Notes: generated from the letters alone by a model not told the origin. DNA of 64,000 bases from Burkholderiales bacterium (GCA_041558415.1 JBFFEY010000009.1:2648-66647); one strand, 5' to 3'; positions 9,899 through 19,495 are shown, numbered from the stretch's first letter. Made by a program: numbers and translations.

Positions 9899-10489
9899 CT
9901 ACTGCAGGTCGGCGGCGGCGCCGAGCAAGGCGCGGCGGAAGCGCGCCTTGAGCAGGCCGCCGTCGCGCGGCGGCAGGATGATCGGCACCTTTTCGGCGCG
10001 CACCTTGACCGTCGCGAAGTTCGGCCCGGGGTGCGCATGAATCGCCGCGCGCAGCGCGTCGAGTTCGTTCGCGGCGCGTACCGTGCGTGCGTCGGCGAAG
10101 CCCGCGGCGCGCGCCATCGCGGCGAGGTCGACGCCGTGCGCGGTGTGCGTTTCCTGCATGCCGGTCTCGCCGTAGCGGCCGTTGTCGATCACGACCACCG
10201 ACAGGTTCGCCGGCCGCTGCACACCGATCGTCGCCAGCGCGCTCAACCCCATGAGCATCTCGCCGTCTCCGGTGATCACCAGCACACGCCGCTGCGGCTG
10301 CGCGAGCGCCAGGCCGAGGCCCATCATCGCCGCCTGGCCCATCGCACCCCACAGCGGGAAGGTCAGGTCATGGTCGCCCGCCGCGGTGCAATCCCAGGCG
10401 GTGGAGCCGAGCCCCGCGACCACCAGCAGCTCGCCGCGCTCGGCGAGCAGCGCGGAAACGACGTCGCGTCGGTGCAGGGTCGCGCTCAT
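9899..10489 (-). CDS. Sulfopyruvate/phosphonopyruvate decarboxylase family, beta (TPP-binding) subunit
   Basis: 196 aa from the internal ATG (cat 10487-10489): GAMGQAAMMGLGLALAQP.RRVLVITGDGEMLMG..VVIDNGRYGETG. ATGA overlap with the alpha-subunit stop. Confidence 0.75.
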   Translation of the reverse strand: MSATLHRRDVVSALLAERGELLVVAGLGSTAWDCTAAGDHDLTFPLWGAMGQAAMMGLGLALAQPQRRVLVITGDGEMLMGLSALATIGVQRPANLSVVVIDNGRYGETGMQETHTAHGVDLAAMARAAGFADARTVRAANELDALRAAIHAHPGPNFATVKVRAEKVPIILPPRDGGLLKARFRRALLGAAADLQ

Positions 10490-11031
10490 TGCGCTGCCTG
10501 TTCCTGGAAGCTCTTGATGCCGATTACGCGCTGCGAGATGAGCACCGCGACCGCGGCATAGCCGTTGAACGCCAGGCGCAGCGCCGCATCGACCGCCGGC
10601 GCAACCGCCTTCGCCTCGAGCGCCGGCTGCACGATCACGCCCATCGCCTCGAGCACCGCGGGCGTGGCCTGTCCCATCGGGATCTGCCAGGGATTGAATT
10701 CGCCGTACTCGCCGCGCATGGTGATGATCATGGGCAGCGGAATGCGGCATTCCTTGATCGTGCCGAGCACGTTGATGACGTTGCCCACGCCGCTCGACTG
10801 CATGAGCAGCACCGCACGCGCCCCGCCGAGCCAGGCGCCGGTCGCGAGGCCGAGGCCCTCCTCCTCGGTGGCGAGCACGACGCTGCGCATCGAGGCATCG
10901 GCATGACACAGCTCGATGAGCCGCTTGTGCCCGGCATCCGGCACGTAGCTGACGATCGAGATGCCGGCCGCCTTCAGCGCGCCGTGCACCTCCAGCGGCC
11001 AGTCGACGCCGGCGGCCTGCGGCGCGTTCAT
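10486..11031 (-). CDS. Sulfopyruvate/phosphonopyruvate decarboxylase family, alpha subunit
   Basis: 181 aa, VSYVPDAGHKRLIELC..ATEEEGLGLATGAWLGG..LLMQSSGVGNVINVL. ATGA overlap with the flavoprotein stop. Confidence 0.75.
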   Translation of the reverse strand: MNAPQAAGVDWPLEVHGALKAAGISIVSYVPDAGHKRLIELCHADASMRSVVLATEEEGLGLATGAWLGGARAVLLMQSSGVGNVINVLGTIKECRIPLPMIITMRGEYGEFNPWQIPMGQATPAVLEAMGVIVQPALEAKAVAPAVDAALRLAFNGYAAVAVLISQRVIGIKSFQEQAAQ

Positions 11032-12791
11032 GCCGCGTCCCTCGCCGCGCCATGCACGGCGTCCCGCAACAGCGTCTCGCCCGGGCGCACGCGCGTGAAG
11101 GCCACCGACTTGTGCGCGATGGCGACCCCGCCATCGACCAGGCGCGCGCTGGTGTAGGCCGAGCGCTCGAGCACCCCCGCCTCGGGGAAATCGGAACGGA
11201 AATGCGCGCCGCGCGAATCCTCGCGCGCACGCGCCGCGGCAGCGATCACGCGGCTCACTTGCGTCAGGCTTTTCAGGTTCATCCAGTCGTGCCAGGAGAG
11301 ATTGAACGCGCGACCGGTGTCCGGCAGCGCGATGCCATCAAGCGCATCGTCGAGCGCCGACAGTTCGCGCTCTGCCGCGGCCAAGCCCGCGGCGTCGCGA
11401 ATGATACCGACACGATCCCACATCACGCCAGACAGTGTTTCGCGCAACACCTCGAGCGCGCCATGACGCCCTGCGCCACCGCCGAACGGCCGCTCGCAGC
11501 GCGCGATAGCAGACTCGATCGCGCTCGGATCAGGGGTGCGCAGGGTGCCTTCGCTGCGCACCCACGCCGCCATCGCATCGCCCGCCACGCCGCCGTACAC
11601 CGTCGAATTGGCCACTCCGTTTCCGCCAAGGCGGTTGGCGCCGTGCACGCCGCCGGAATCCTCGCCCGCGACGAACAGGCCGGCGAGCGCGGTCCTGCAG
11701 TCGGCAGCGAACTCGACGCCGCCCATCATGTAGTGCGCCGTCGGCACCACCTCGACCAGCCCGCCGGCCAGGTCGAAGCCGCAGTCGGCGCAGCGCTCCA
11801 CCATGCCCTTGAAGTCGCGCCGCACGCGCTCGGGGCCGAGGTGCGCCATCGAGATGTACAGACCGCCGTTCGGGGTCACGTGGCCCGCGCGCATTTCCGC
11901 GTACATGGCTCGCGAGACGATGTCGCGCGTCGCGCGCTCGAGCTTCGCGTCGTAATGCTGCATGAAGCGCTCGCGCGCACCGTTCAGCAGGGTGCCGCCG
12001 GCGCCACGCAAACCTTCCTCGAGCACCGTACCGGTCATGCGTGTGTGCGGGCCGGCCAGTAGGCCGGTCGGATGAAACTGCACCATCTCCATGTCGCGCA
12101 GCGCGAGCCCGGCACGCAGCGCCATCGCCAGCCCGTCGCAGCTCTTGTCGCCTGAGGGCGTGTGGTAGCGGTACATCGTCGGCCCGCCGCCGGTGGCGAG
12201 CAGCACCGCCTTGGCGCGCACCAGCAGATACTCGCCGCTGCGCATGTCGATCATCAGCACGCCGGCGAGCGCGTCACCCGCGCTCGCCGGGATGAGCTCG
12301 ACGGCGCGGTGCTCCTCGAGGCGGCGGATCTCGCGCGCCCAGACCTGCTCGGCGAGCCGGTTGATGATCTCGATGCCGGTGAGGTCGCCCTTGTGTACCG
12401 TGCGATCAAACGTCTGCCCGGCGAAGGCTTTCTGGTGGATCGTGCCGTCCGGATTGCGGTCGAAGAAGCAGCCGAGCTCGTTTTCCAGCTCGCGGATGCG
12501 CTCCACCGCGAGGGTCACCAGCTGCCAGGCAAGCTCCTGGTCGGGCAGCCACTTGCCTCCCTCGATGGTGTCCATGAAGTGGCGCTCGATCGAGTCGCCC
12601 GGCGCCAGCGCCACGTTGTAGCCGCCCTGCACCATGCGCGTGCAGCCGCATTTGCCAAGCAGGCCCTTGACCGCGACGGTGATCGCCAGCTCGGGCGCCG
12701 CGCGGTGCGCATGCAGCGCGGCGAATAGCCCGGCGCCGCCCGAACCGAGAATCAGGATGTCGCTGTGAATCTCGCGCAGCGCCCGTTTCAC
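11028..12791 (-). CDS. Fumarate reductase/succinate dehydrogenase-type flavoprotein subunit
   Basis: 587 aa, DILILGSGGAGL, VQFHPTG, EGLRGAGG, HYMMGGV, GANRLGGN, RGAHFRSDFPE. Confidence 0.85.
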   Translation of the reverse strand: MKRALREIHSDILILGSGGAGLFAALHAHRAAPELAITVAVKGLLGKCGCTRMVQGGYNVALAPGDSIERHFMDTIEGGKWLPDQELAWQLVTLAVERIRELENELGCFFDRNPDGTIHQKAFAGQTFDRTVHKGDLTGIEIINRLAEQVWAREIRRLEEHRAVELIPASAGDALAGVLMIDMRSGEYLLVRAKAVLLATGGGPTMYRYHTPSGDKSCDGLAMALRAGLALRDMEMVQFHPTGLLAGPHTRMTGTVLEEGLRGAGGTLLNGARERFMQHYDAKLERATRDIVSRAMYAEMRAGHVTPNGGLYISMAHLGPERVRRDFKGMVERCADCGFDLAGGLVEVVPTAHYMMGGVEFAADCRTALAGLFVAGEDSGGVHGANRLGGNGVANSTVYGGVAGDAMAAWVRSEGTLRTPDPSAIESAIARCERPFGGGAGRHGALEVLRETLSGVMWDRVGIIRDAAGLAAAERELSALDDALDGIALPDTGRAFNLSWHDWMNLKSLTQVSRVIAAAARAREDSRGAHFRSDFPEAGVLERSAYTSARLVDGGVAIAHKSVAFTRVRPGETLLRDAVHGAARDAA

Positions 12792-12826
12792 GCCTTCACG
12801 CCCCCGGTGCTGTTGCGTACGCCCGT

Positions 12827-13435
12827 CTAGCGGACGCCGAGGCTGGCGAGCGCAGCGGCACGGCGCGCCTGGGCAGCGGCGTTCACCGTGTCATAGAGGC
12901 TCGCGCCATGGCTGTCCATGGCGACGAGCAGCGGGCCGAAACCGCGCACGCGGAACTTCCACAGCGATTCCGGGTTGAGGTCGTCGAGATCGACGTCCTC
13001 GATGGCCTCGATCCAGGTCGTCTCCAGCGCCGCGGTGCCACCGATGATCGCGAGATACACGCCACCGAGGTCGCGGAACGCGGCCGACGAGGCCTCGCGC
13101 AAGCCGCCCTTGCCGATGATCATGCGCACGCCGTACTGCTCCATCAGCGGCCGGGTGAAGCGCTCCATGCGATCGCTGGTCGTCGTGCCGATGCACACCG
13201 ATGCGTAACCGCTCGGGTTGGCGGGGCTTTTCTCGACCTTGCGCACATTCGGCGCAGTGTGGATCACCGCGTGCCCATTCAGATCGAAACGCGTCCTGCG
13301 CCCGCGGTCGAACATGTGAATCTGCGTCGCGTCGCGGATGCCGTAAAGCGTTCCGTTCAGCGTCACCGTATCGTTGGCACGCAGGGCGCGGACCTGCGCC
13401 TCGCGCACCGGCATCGTGAAATCGTGGTGCGCCAT
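12827..13435 (-). CDS. Fe-S type hydro-lyase (class I fumarase/tartrate dehydratase family), beta subunit
   Basis: 202 aa, LNGTLYGIRDATQIHM..IHTAPNV..IGTTTSDRME..MIIGKGG..WKFRVRGFGPLLVAMD. Confidence 0.8.
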   Translation of the reverse strand: MAHHDFTMPVREAQVRALRANDTVTLNGTLYGIRDATQIHMFDRGRRTRFDLNGHAVIHTAPNVRKVEKSPANPSGYASVCIGTTTSDRMERFTRPLMEQYGVRMIIGKGGLREASSAAFRDLGGVYLAIIGGTAALETTWIEAIEDVDLDDLNPESLWKFRVRGFGPLLVAMDSHGASLYDTVNAAAQARRAAALASLGVR

Positions 13436-13446
13436 CGCTGCGTGCC

Positions 13447-14019
13447 TCAGGAACCTGCGCCGAGCAGCGCGGCCTTGAGGTCGTCCTGCACCGGGTTCAG
13501 GCCCAGCCAGACGCGCAGCAGCGCGCGGTAGAAGTCCTCGCCGACGATCGGCTGCCCGGACGGCTTTCCATCGATCCGCAGCCGCAGGCCTTCGCCGTGC
13601 GCCCAGTCGATGTCGATCGCCATGCCTTCCTTGGCTTCCTGTACGTCGGCCATGATCCTCGTCAGCTGCGAAATGCGCGGCCCCAAGCGCACCATCTCCG
13701 CGTCGCTGTGGTTCTTGCGCAGACCGTCGATCAGCGCCTGCGTAAACGCCTCGGCGCTGACATCGCGCAGCATGCGGATCGCCACACGCTTCGGTCCTGG
13801 CAGCAGCAGGATCTCTTCGGCCTTGCGTTTGGATTCCGGCAGATACAGGCCGATCGCGTAGAGGTCGAGGAACAGAAGCTTGCGCAGTCCGGCGCCGTTC
13901 AGCACGAGCGTTGAATCGCCGGGTCCGTCGATTTTCTCGGCGAACTTGACGCCTTCGACTTCGGCCGCCTGCGCCAGGCTGATGATCGCAGACAGCAACA
14001 CTGCAGCCAGAACTCTCAT
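13447..14019 (-). CDS. Chalcone isomerase-like family protein with signal peptide
   Basis: MRVLAAVLLSAIISLAQA-AEVEGV, then LVLNGAGLRKLLFLDLYAIGLYLP..FYRALLRVWLG. Start ambiguous: ATG at 14019 or the upstream start at 14037. Confidence 0.65.
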   Translation of the reverse strand: MRVLAAVLLSAIISLAQAAEVEGVKFAEKIDGPGDSTLVLNGAGLRKLLFLDLYAIGLYLPESKRKAEEILLLPGPKRVAIRMLRDVSAEAFTQALIDGLRKNHSDAEMVRLGPRISQLTRIMADVQEAKEGMAIDIDWAHGEGLRLRIDGKPSGQPIVGEDFYRALLRVWLGLNPVQDDLKAALLGAGS

Positions 14020-14020
14020 C

Positions 14021-14896
14021 TCAGTACCCGTACTCAATGCCCTGCGGACCGATGGTCGCCCGTGCGCGGCGCGCCGAGTGACATTGCATGTTGACCGCCA
14101 CCGGATTCATCGTGATGTGCGTCGCCGCCGTTTCGACGTGCACCGCGAACGCGGTCGCATCGCCGCCCAGTCCCTGCGGGCCGACACCCAGCTGGTTCAC
14201 GGCCGGCGCGAGCGCCTGCTCGAGCGCCGCGCCTTCCGGGTCGCCGCAGCGCGTGCCGAGTGGCCGCGTCGCCGCGACCTTGGCGAGATGCACGCAGAGA
14301 TCCGCGGTGCCGCCCACGCCGACGCCGACGATCGTCGGCGGACAGGTCTTGCCACCGGCAGCGAGTACGCAGTCGATGACGAAGGTCTTGATCGCGTCGA
14401 CACCCTCGGCGGGAATCGCCATGCGCAACCAGGAATTGTTCTCCGAGCCGGAGCCCTTCGGCACCATCTCGATCGACAGGCGCTCGGCGTCCTCCGAGAA
14501 ATCGAAGTGGATGACGGGCACGCTGCGGCCGCAGGAGCTGTGCTCGTTCTTGCGCGTCACCGGGTGCACCACGGAAGAGCGCAGCGGATGCTCGCGCGTC
14601 GCCCGCGCACAGCCCTCGCGGATGGCCGCCTTGAGGCCGGCACCGTCCACTTCGACGCCGCGTCCGATGACCACGTTGTAGATGGGGATGCCGGTGTCCT
14701 GGCACAGCAGGTTGTCGGTCTCCTCGGCAACCTTGATGTTGGCGATCATGGTGCCGAGGATGCGCTTTGCGGTGGGGTCGCTTTCCGCGGCGTCTAGCCC
14801 GGCGAAGCCCTGCTTGATGTCCGGCGGCAGCAGCTTGACCGCGCGGATGTAGAGCTGCTTGGCAGCTTCCTCGACTTGCTTGAGATCGACCTTCAT
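14021..14896 (-). CDS. Fe-S type hydro-lyase (class I fumarase/tartrate dehydratase family), alpha subunit
   Basis: 291 aa from the internal ATG (cat 14894-14896): LCQDTGIPIY..EMVPKGSGSENNS..GGKTCPPTIVGVGVGGTAD. Confidence 0.8.
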   Translation of the reverse strand: MKVDLKQVEEAAKQLYIRAVKLLPPDIKQGFAGLDAAESDPTAKRILGTMIANIKVAEETDNLLCQDTGIPIYNVVIGRGVEVDGAGLKAAIREGCARATREHPLRSSVVHPVTRKNEHSSCGRSVPVIHFDFSEDAERLSIEMVPKGSGSENNSWLRMAIPAEGVDAIKTFVIDCVLAAGGKTCPPTIVGVGVGGTADLCVHLAKVAATRPLGTRCGDPEGAALEQALAPAVNQLGVGPQGLGGDATAFAVHVETAATHITMNPVAVNMQCHSARRARATIGPQGIEYGY

Positions 14897-14924
14897 GCGC
14901 TCGATTGTAGTCTGGCGGGGCGCG

Positions 14925-15272
14925 CTACAGGGCGAGGGCGAAGGCGAGGCCCATGGCAAGCGCGAGCGCGGCCGCGGCGGCGGCGAGGCTCTTCTGCCAG
15001 TCGCGCCAGGGCAGGAACTCGAGCGCGAGCAGCCGCAAACCGCCCGCCAGGTGCGCCGCCAGCAGCAAGACGATGCCCCACTCGGCGAACTTGACCGCCG
15101 GCAGCGCCGTCCAGGCGAGGAAACGATCGAACTGCGCCGCACCCTGCAGCGACTGGCTGAGCGCCCAGAAATGCACCGGCAGGAACAGCGCCAGCAGGAT
15201 GCCGGAGACGCGGTGCACGAGGAACGCGCCGTAGGCCGGGTGCTTGCGCGCCCGAGAATCGTTACGCCGCAC
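14925..15272 (-). CDS. Small membrane anchor subunit of the Frd/Sdh-type complex (putative)
   Basis: Hydrophobic, His-containing helices (AFLVHRVSGILLALFLPVHFWAL, FAEWGIVLLLAAHLAGGLRLL). Start set at GTG 15272 by me; start uncertain. Confidence 0.5.
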   Translation of the reverse strand: MRRNDSRARKHPAYGAFLVHRVSGILLALFLPVHFWALSQSLQGAAQFDRFLAWTALPAVKFAEWGIVLLLAAHLAGGLRLLALEFLPWRDWQKSLAAAAAALALAMGLAFALAL

Positions 15273-15609
15273 CGCCGAACACTCCCGCAACTGCGCGCAG
15301 GCCGAGCACGGCCAGCGCGATCGCGAACAGAACCAGAACCACGTCGCGCGAGGCGCCGCGCCAGCCGAGCCACTCGCCGAGCGTGGCGCGCAGCCCGATC
15401 GGCGCGTGCACCGCAGCGGCGACGACGAAGGTGGCGTAGAACACCAGGCCCGGAACGTTGCCGCGCGTGCGGCCAAGGATCTCCGCCGCCGACAGACCGC
15501 CCTGCACCGCAGCGATGATCGTCACCAGGTGCACCAGCACGCAGAACGCGAGCACGGCGGCGCTGGCGCGCTGCGCCAGCCAGAGAATCGTTTCGCCGCG
15601 CGCCTTCAC
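15262..15609 (-). CDS. Small membrane anchor subunit of the Frd/Sdh-type complex (putative)
   Basis: ILWLAQRASAAVLAFCVLVHLVTII plus two further helices. GTG start at 15609 overlaps the Fe-S subunit stop (GTGA). Confidence 0.5.
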   Translation of the reverse strand: MKARGETILWLAQRASAAVLAFCVLVHLVTIIAAVQGGLSAAEILGRTRGNVPGLVFYATFVVAAAVHAPIGLRATLGEWLGWRGASRDVVLVLFAIALAVLGLRAVAGVFGGAA

Positions 15610-16319
15610 AGCGTGCCCTTCAGCAGCGCGCGCGCCAGCCTGCGCTTGAGGCCGGCAATGCCCGCCGTCGGCGAGATCTTCTGCGGGCAGCGCTCGCTGC
15701 AACCCATCTGGCTGTGGCAGGCGTGGCAGCCCGCGTCGCCGCCGACCGCACGCAGCCGCTCCGACTGCGCCGTGTCGCGTGCGTCACAGGCGAGCGTCCA
15801 GGCACGGTTCAGCGCCGCGGGGCCCAGATAGTCCGGGTTCCAGGCCACCAGGTCGCAGGAGGCGTAGCACACGCCGCAGCCGATACATTCGATGCCCGCG
15901 TCGGCCTGCCGCCGTACGGCGTCCTCGGGCGAGATGCGCGCGAAGTCCTCGTGGCGCGTCCGGCTGCCGCTGAACTGGCCGCGCGCGCGCGCCCACTTGT
16001 CGAAGAACGGCGCCATGTCGGTGACCAGGTCGCGAATCACCGGCAGGTGGCCGAGCGGCGCGACCTCAAGCGCACCGTCGTCGGCCACCGCGTCGACATG
16101 CGTGCGGCAGGTCCAGCGTGCCACGCCGTTCACCGTCATCGCGCAGGAGCCGCACATGCCGACGCGGCAGGCGAAGCGGTAGGCGAGCGACGCGTCGATA
16201 TGGCGCTGGATGTGGGTGATGACGTCGAGCACCGTCTGGCTCGCGTGGCGCGGCACCTCGAAGCTCTGGAAGGCGCCTTGCTCGGCGCCGCGCCAGACAC
16301 TCACGCGCAGGGTCTGCAT
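15606..16319 (-). CDS. Fumarate reductase/succinate dehydrogenase-type iron-sulfur subunit
   Basis: 237 aa from the internal ATG (cat 16317-16319) of a 676-aa read-through ORF. Cluster motifs CRVGMCGSCAM, CIGCGVCYASC, CHACHSQMGCSERCP. GGAG RBS follows the upstream TGA. Confidence 0.85.
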   Translation of the reverse strand: MQTLRVSVWRGAEQGAFQSFEVPRHASQTVLDVITHIQRHIDASLAYRFACRVGMCGSCAMTVNGVARWTCRTHVDAVADDGALEVAPLGHLPVIRDLVTDMAPFFDKWARARGQFSGSRTRHEDFARISPEDAVRRQADAGIECIGCGVCYASCDLVAWNPDYLGPAALNRAWTLACDARDTAQSERLRAVGGDAGCHACHSQMGCSERCPQKISPTAGIAGLKRRLARALLKGTL

Positions 16320-16333
16320 GTCTCGCCGTCTCC

Positions 16334-18007
16334 TCAATGCGCACCACCCGGCGGCGTGCCGGTGCGCGACAGCCTCGGCGCCGCGAGCGGCGCAATTTCG
16401 ACGTTTACGCAGGCTGGCTTGCCTGCGGCCAGCGCACGCTCGAGCGCCGCGCCGACCTCCGCCGCGCGGGTGACATGCTCGCCATGCCCGCCGAGCGCCG
16501 CCACCGCCAGATCGTAACGCGTCGGCTGCATCTCGCAGCCGACGGCGCGCGCCGGGCCGTAGCTGCGCAGCTGGATGAGATGTTCCGCGTTCCAGCGCGC
16601 GTCGTTGCCGAGGACGGCGACGAACGGCGCGCCGCAGCGCACCGCGGTTTCGAATTCGGCGAGATAGAAGCCGGCCGAGCCGTCGCCGAGGGTGGCGATC
16701 ACGGGCGCACCGGGATGCGCCAGGCTGGCGGCAATGGCGTACGGAATCGAGCCGCCGATGCCGCCGGCCGGGCCGTTGGTGATGCGCGTGGCGGCGCTGG
16801 CGCAGGCCTGCGCCCACTGCCCGAATTCGCCGCCATCGCAGACCAGCACCGCGTCCGGCCGCGCGGCGAGCGCCTGCTGCACGGCGCGTGCGACCGCCAG
16901 CGGATGCACGGCGCCCTCCGCCGACGGCGCCTGCGCCCACTCGGCCGGTCGCGCAGCCAGCGCCGCGTCGACCTGCTGCTTCCACCCCGCCTGCGCGGCG
17001 ACGGGCGAAAAGCCGCGCCGCGCAGCCGAGATCAATGCCTCGGCCGCGGAGAATGCATCGGCTTGCACCGCGTTCAGCAGGCGCGCGGCGTCGCCGATGG
17101 CGACCGCACTGCGGCGCAGCGCCTCGGCCTCGGGATCGACGTGAATGAAGCGGCAGTGCGCGCTGAACGCAGGCGGCTGGCCGAAACGCAGCGTGAAATC
17201 GAGCTTGCGCCCCAGCAACAGCACGAGGTCCGCCTCGGCCAGAAGATCGGGCAGCGCACCGAGCGAAGGATCGGCGATGCCACGCGGGCTTTCGCTGTGC
17301 ACGACGGGAATCCCGGTCGCGGCGCAGAGCGCTTCGCGCAGCCGCTGGCCGCGTCCCGCCGCCATCGCCGGCGCGGCGACGATGAGCGGACGCGCCGCGC
17401 GCGCCAGCGCATCGAGAATCGCGCGCGCGGCTTCGTCGGCAAGCGGTTGCCCAAGCGCGTCGAACGCTGTCGCATGGGGCGGGGCGACCGCGGCGGCATC
17501 GAGCGTCGCCTCGAGCAGGTCGTACGGCAGGCTGACGTGCACCGGTCCAGGCCGCCCGGATTTGGCGATGCGGAAGGCGCGTGCGACGTCCTCGCCCAGC
17601 GTCGCGGCCTGTTCGGCCGTCCACGCCGCCTTGCACAGCGGTGCCGCCACCTCGGCCTGGCGCAGCTCCTGGAACGCATCACGGCCCAGCTGGCCGAGCG
17701 GCGCATGGCCGGAGAGCAGCACCAGCGGTGCTTCGGCGCCAAGCGCGTTGTACAGCGCACCGACGCCGTTGGCATGGCCGGGTCCGGCAGTGAGCAGCGC
17801 CACGCCCGGTTCGCCCGTCAAGCGTCCCCAGGCGTCGGCCATGTGCACCGCGGCGCCCTCGTGACGCGTGTGCACAATGCCGAGCCGCGCGTCGACGGCG
17901 GCGTCGTACAGCACCATCACCTGGTTGCCCGAGAGCGAGAACAGCCGCTCGGCGCCGCCGCGCGCCAGGGCGCGCGCGACGAGATCCGCGCCGCGCAGCG
18001 TCGCCAT
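16334..18007 (-). CDS. Thiamine-diphosphate enzyme of the acetolactate synthase / oxalyl-CoA decarboxylase / Xsc superfamily
   Basis: 557 aa, HEGAAVHMADAWGRLTG.PGVALLTAGPGHANG, GRPGPVHVSLPYD, GDGSAGFYLAEFETAVR. Substrate not assignable. Confidence 0.85.
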   Translation of the reverse strand: MATLRGADLVARALARGGAERLFSLSGNQVMVLYDAAVDARLGIVHTRHEGAAVHMADAWGRLTGEPGVALLTAGPGHANGVGALYNALGAEAPLVLLSGHAPLGQLGRDAFQELRQAEVAAPLCKAAWTAEQAATLGEDVARAFRIAKSGRPGPVHVSLPYDLLEATLDAAAVAPPHATAFDALGQPLADEAARAILDALARAARPLIVAAPAMAAGRGQRLREALCAATGIPVVHSESPRGIADPSLGALPDLLAEADLVLLLGRKLDFTLRFGQPPAFSAHCRFIHVDPEAEALRRSAVAIGDAARLLNAVQADAFSAAEALISAARRGFSPVAAQAGWKQQVDAALAARPAEWAQAPSAEGAVHPLAVARAVQQALAARPDAVLVCDGGEFGQWAQACASAATRITNGPAGGIGGSIPYAIAASLAHPGAPVIATLGDGSAGFYLAEFETAVRCGAPFVAVLGNDARWNAEHLIQLRSYGPARAVGCEMQPTRYDLAVAALGGHGEHVTRAAEVGAALERALAAGKPACVNVEIAPLAAPRLSRTGTPPGGAH

Positions 18008-18025
18008 GTCTCCGCGCCGCTCGGC

Positions 18026-19201
18026 TTACGCCGACTCGTACAGCCGCGTCAGCACGAACTCGCGGTGGCCGAGCGCCTCGGCCGCGGTGAGCCGGCCGTT
18101 GGCCGTGCGCAGCATGCACGCGAGCAGCGCATCACCGGCCTGGTCGGGCGAGAGCTCCTTTCTCAGCAGCCCCGAGACGTCGACGTCGATGTGCTCGCCC
18201 ATGGTGCGCACCGTGCGCGGGTTGGCGCACAGCTTGATCACCGGCAGGATCGGGTTGCCGATCACGTTGCCCTGCCCGGTCGGAAAGAAGTGCACCGCAA
18301 AGCCCGCCGCCGCGCACAGCGTCACCATCTCGGCGGCCGCCGAAGAGGAATCCATGAACCACAGCCCCGGCCCGGTGGGCTCCTCGGCCTTGTCGAGCAC
18401 GCCGTCGACCGCGCACTTGCGCCCGATCTTCTGGATGTTGCCGAGCGCCTTTTCCTCGATGGTGGTGAGCCCGCCGGCGATGTTGCCCTTGGTCGGCTGC
18501 GATTCCGACAGATCGCTCGTCTTGTGCCGGTCGATCACCGCCTGGTAGCGGTCGAACATGAACTGGAACTTCTTGCGCACCGCGTCGTTCTTGCAGCGCG
18601 CCGCCACCAGGTGCTCGCCGCCGGTGAGCTCGGTGGTCTCGCCGAAACACAGCGTCACGCCCTCGCCGTAGAGCTTGTCGAAGGCGTTGCCCACCGTCGG
18701 GTTGGCGCCGCAGCCCGAGGTGGTGTCCGATTCGCCGCACTTGGTCGAGACCCACAGCTCCTTCAACGGGCGCTCTTCGCGGCGCAGCTCGCCCGCGGCC
18801 TGCACGAATGCCTTCGCCGCGCGCGAGGCGCGCTGGATCGTGTCCAGATCACCGTGCAGCTCGATGCCGAAGCCCGCCACCGGCTTGCCCGTCTTGGCGA
18901 TGCCCTCGACCACCTTCTGCGTCCAGCCCTCCTCGATGCCGATCACCACCACCGCCGCCACGTTCGGGTTGCAGCCCGTGCCGATCAGCGTGCGAAAGTG
19001 CAGATCGAGATCGGCACCGAACTGCAGCCGGCCGTAGGGATGCGGCAGCGCCAGCGTGCCCTTGATGTTGTTCGCCACCGCCTCGGCGGCCGCGTTCGAG
19101 ATGTCGTCGACCGGCAGGATGATGACGTGGTTGCGCACGCCCACCCGGCCGTTCTCGCGCCGGTAGCCCCAGAAACTGGCCTTCGAAAGATCCATTGCCA
19201 T
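18026..19201 (-). CDS. UxaA-family dehydratase large subunit (altronate dehydratase / sulfolactate sulfo-lyase SuyB-like)
   Basis: 391 aa, [54 protein letters not shown]. Confidence 0.8.
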   Translation of the reverse strand: MAMDLSKASFWGYRRENGRVGVRNHVIILPVDDISNAAAEAVANNIKGTLALPHPYGRLQFGADLDLHFRTLIGTGCNPNVAAVVVIGIEEGWTQKVVEGIAKTGKPVAGFGIELHGDLDTIQRASRAAKAFVQAAGELRREERPLKELWVSTKCGESDTTSGCGANPTVGNAFDKLYGEGVTLCFGETTELTGGEHLVAARCKNDAVRKKFQFMFDRYQAVIDRHKTSDLSESQPTKGNIAGGLTTIEEKALGNIQKIGRKCAVDGVLDKAEEPTGPGLWFMDSSSAAAEMVTLCAAAGFAVHFFPTGQGNVIGNPILPVIKLCANPRTVRTMGEHIDVDVSGLLRKELSPDQAGDALLACMLRTANGRLTAAEALGHREFVLTRLYESA

Positions 19202-19213
19202 GCCCCCCCCGGC

Positions 19214-19495
19214 CTACCAGCGCTTGGTCTTGACGTTGTGCACGTGCAGGTGCTCGCCCTGCTTGATCGGCGCCACCACCTTGCCAATGTCCACGCCGTA
19301 CTTGATCACCGTGTCGCCCGGCTCGTAGTCCCTGAGCGCCACCTTGTGGCCGATCGGCACGTCGCTCCTGGCCTGCACCTCGAGGTCCTTGTCGTCTTCC
19401 ATGATCCAGCCGACCAGCTTCTGGCCCGCCTTCACCCCCTCGACGACCACCACCCCCACGCCGTCGCCCTCCTCGTGCACCACAAAATGGATCAT
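19214..19495 (-). CDS. SAF-domain small subunit of split UxaA-family dehydratase (SuyA-like)
   Basis: 93 aa from the internal ATG (cat 19493-19495): DVPIGHKVALRDYEPGDTVIKYGVDIGKVVAPIKQGEHLHVHNV. Confidence 0.7.
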   Translation of the reverse strand: MIHFVVHEEGDGVGVVVVEGVKAGQKLVGWIMEDDKDLEVQARSDVPIGHKVALRDYEPGDTVIKYGVDIGKVVAPIKQGEHLHVHNVKTKRW

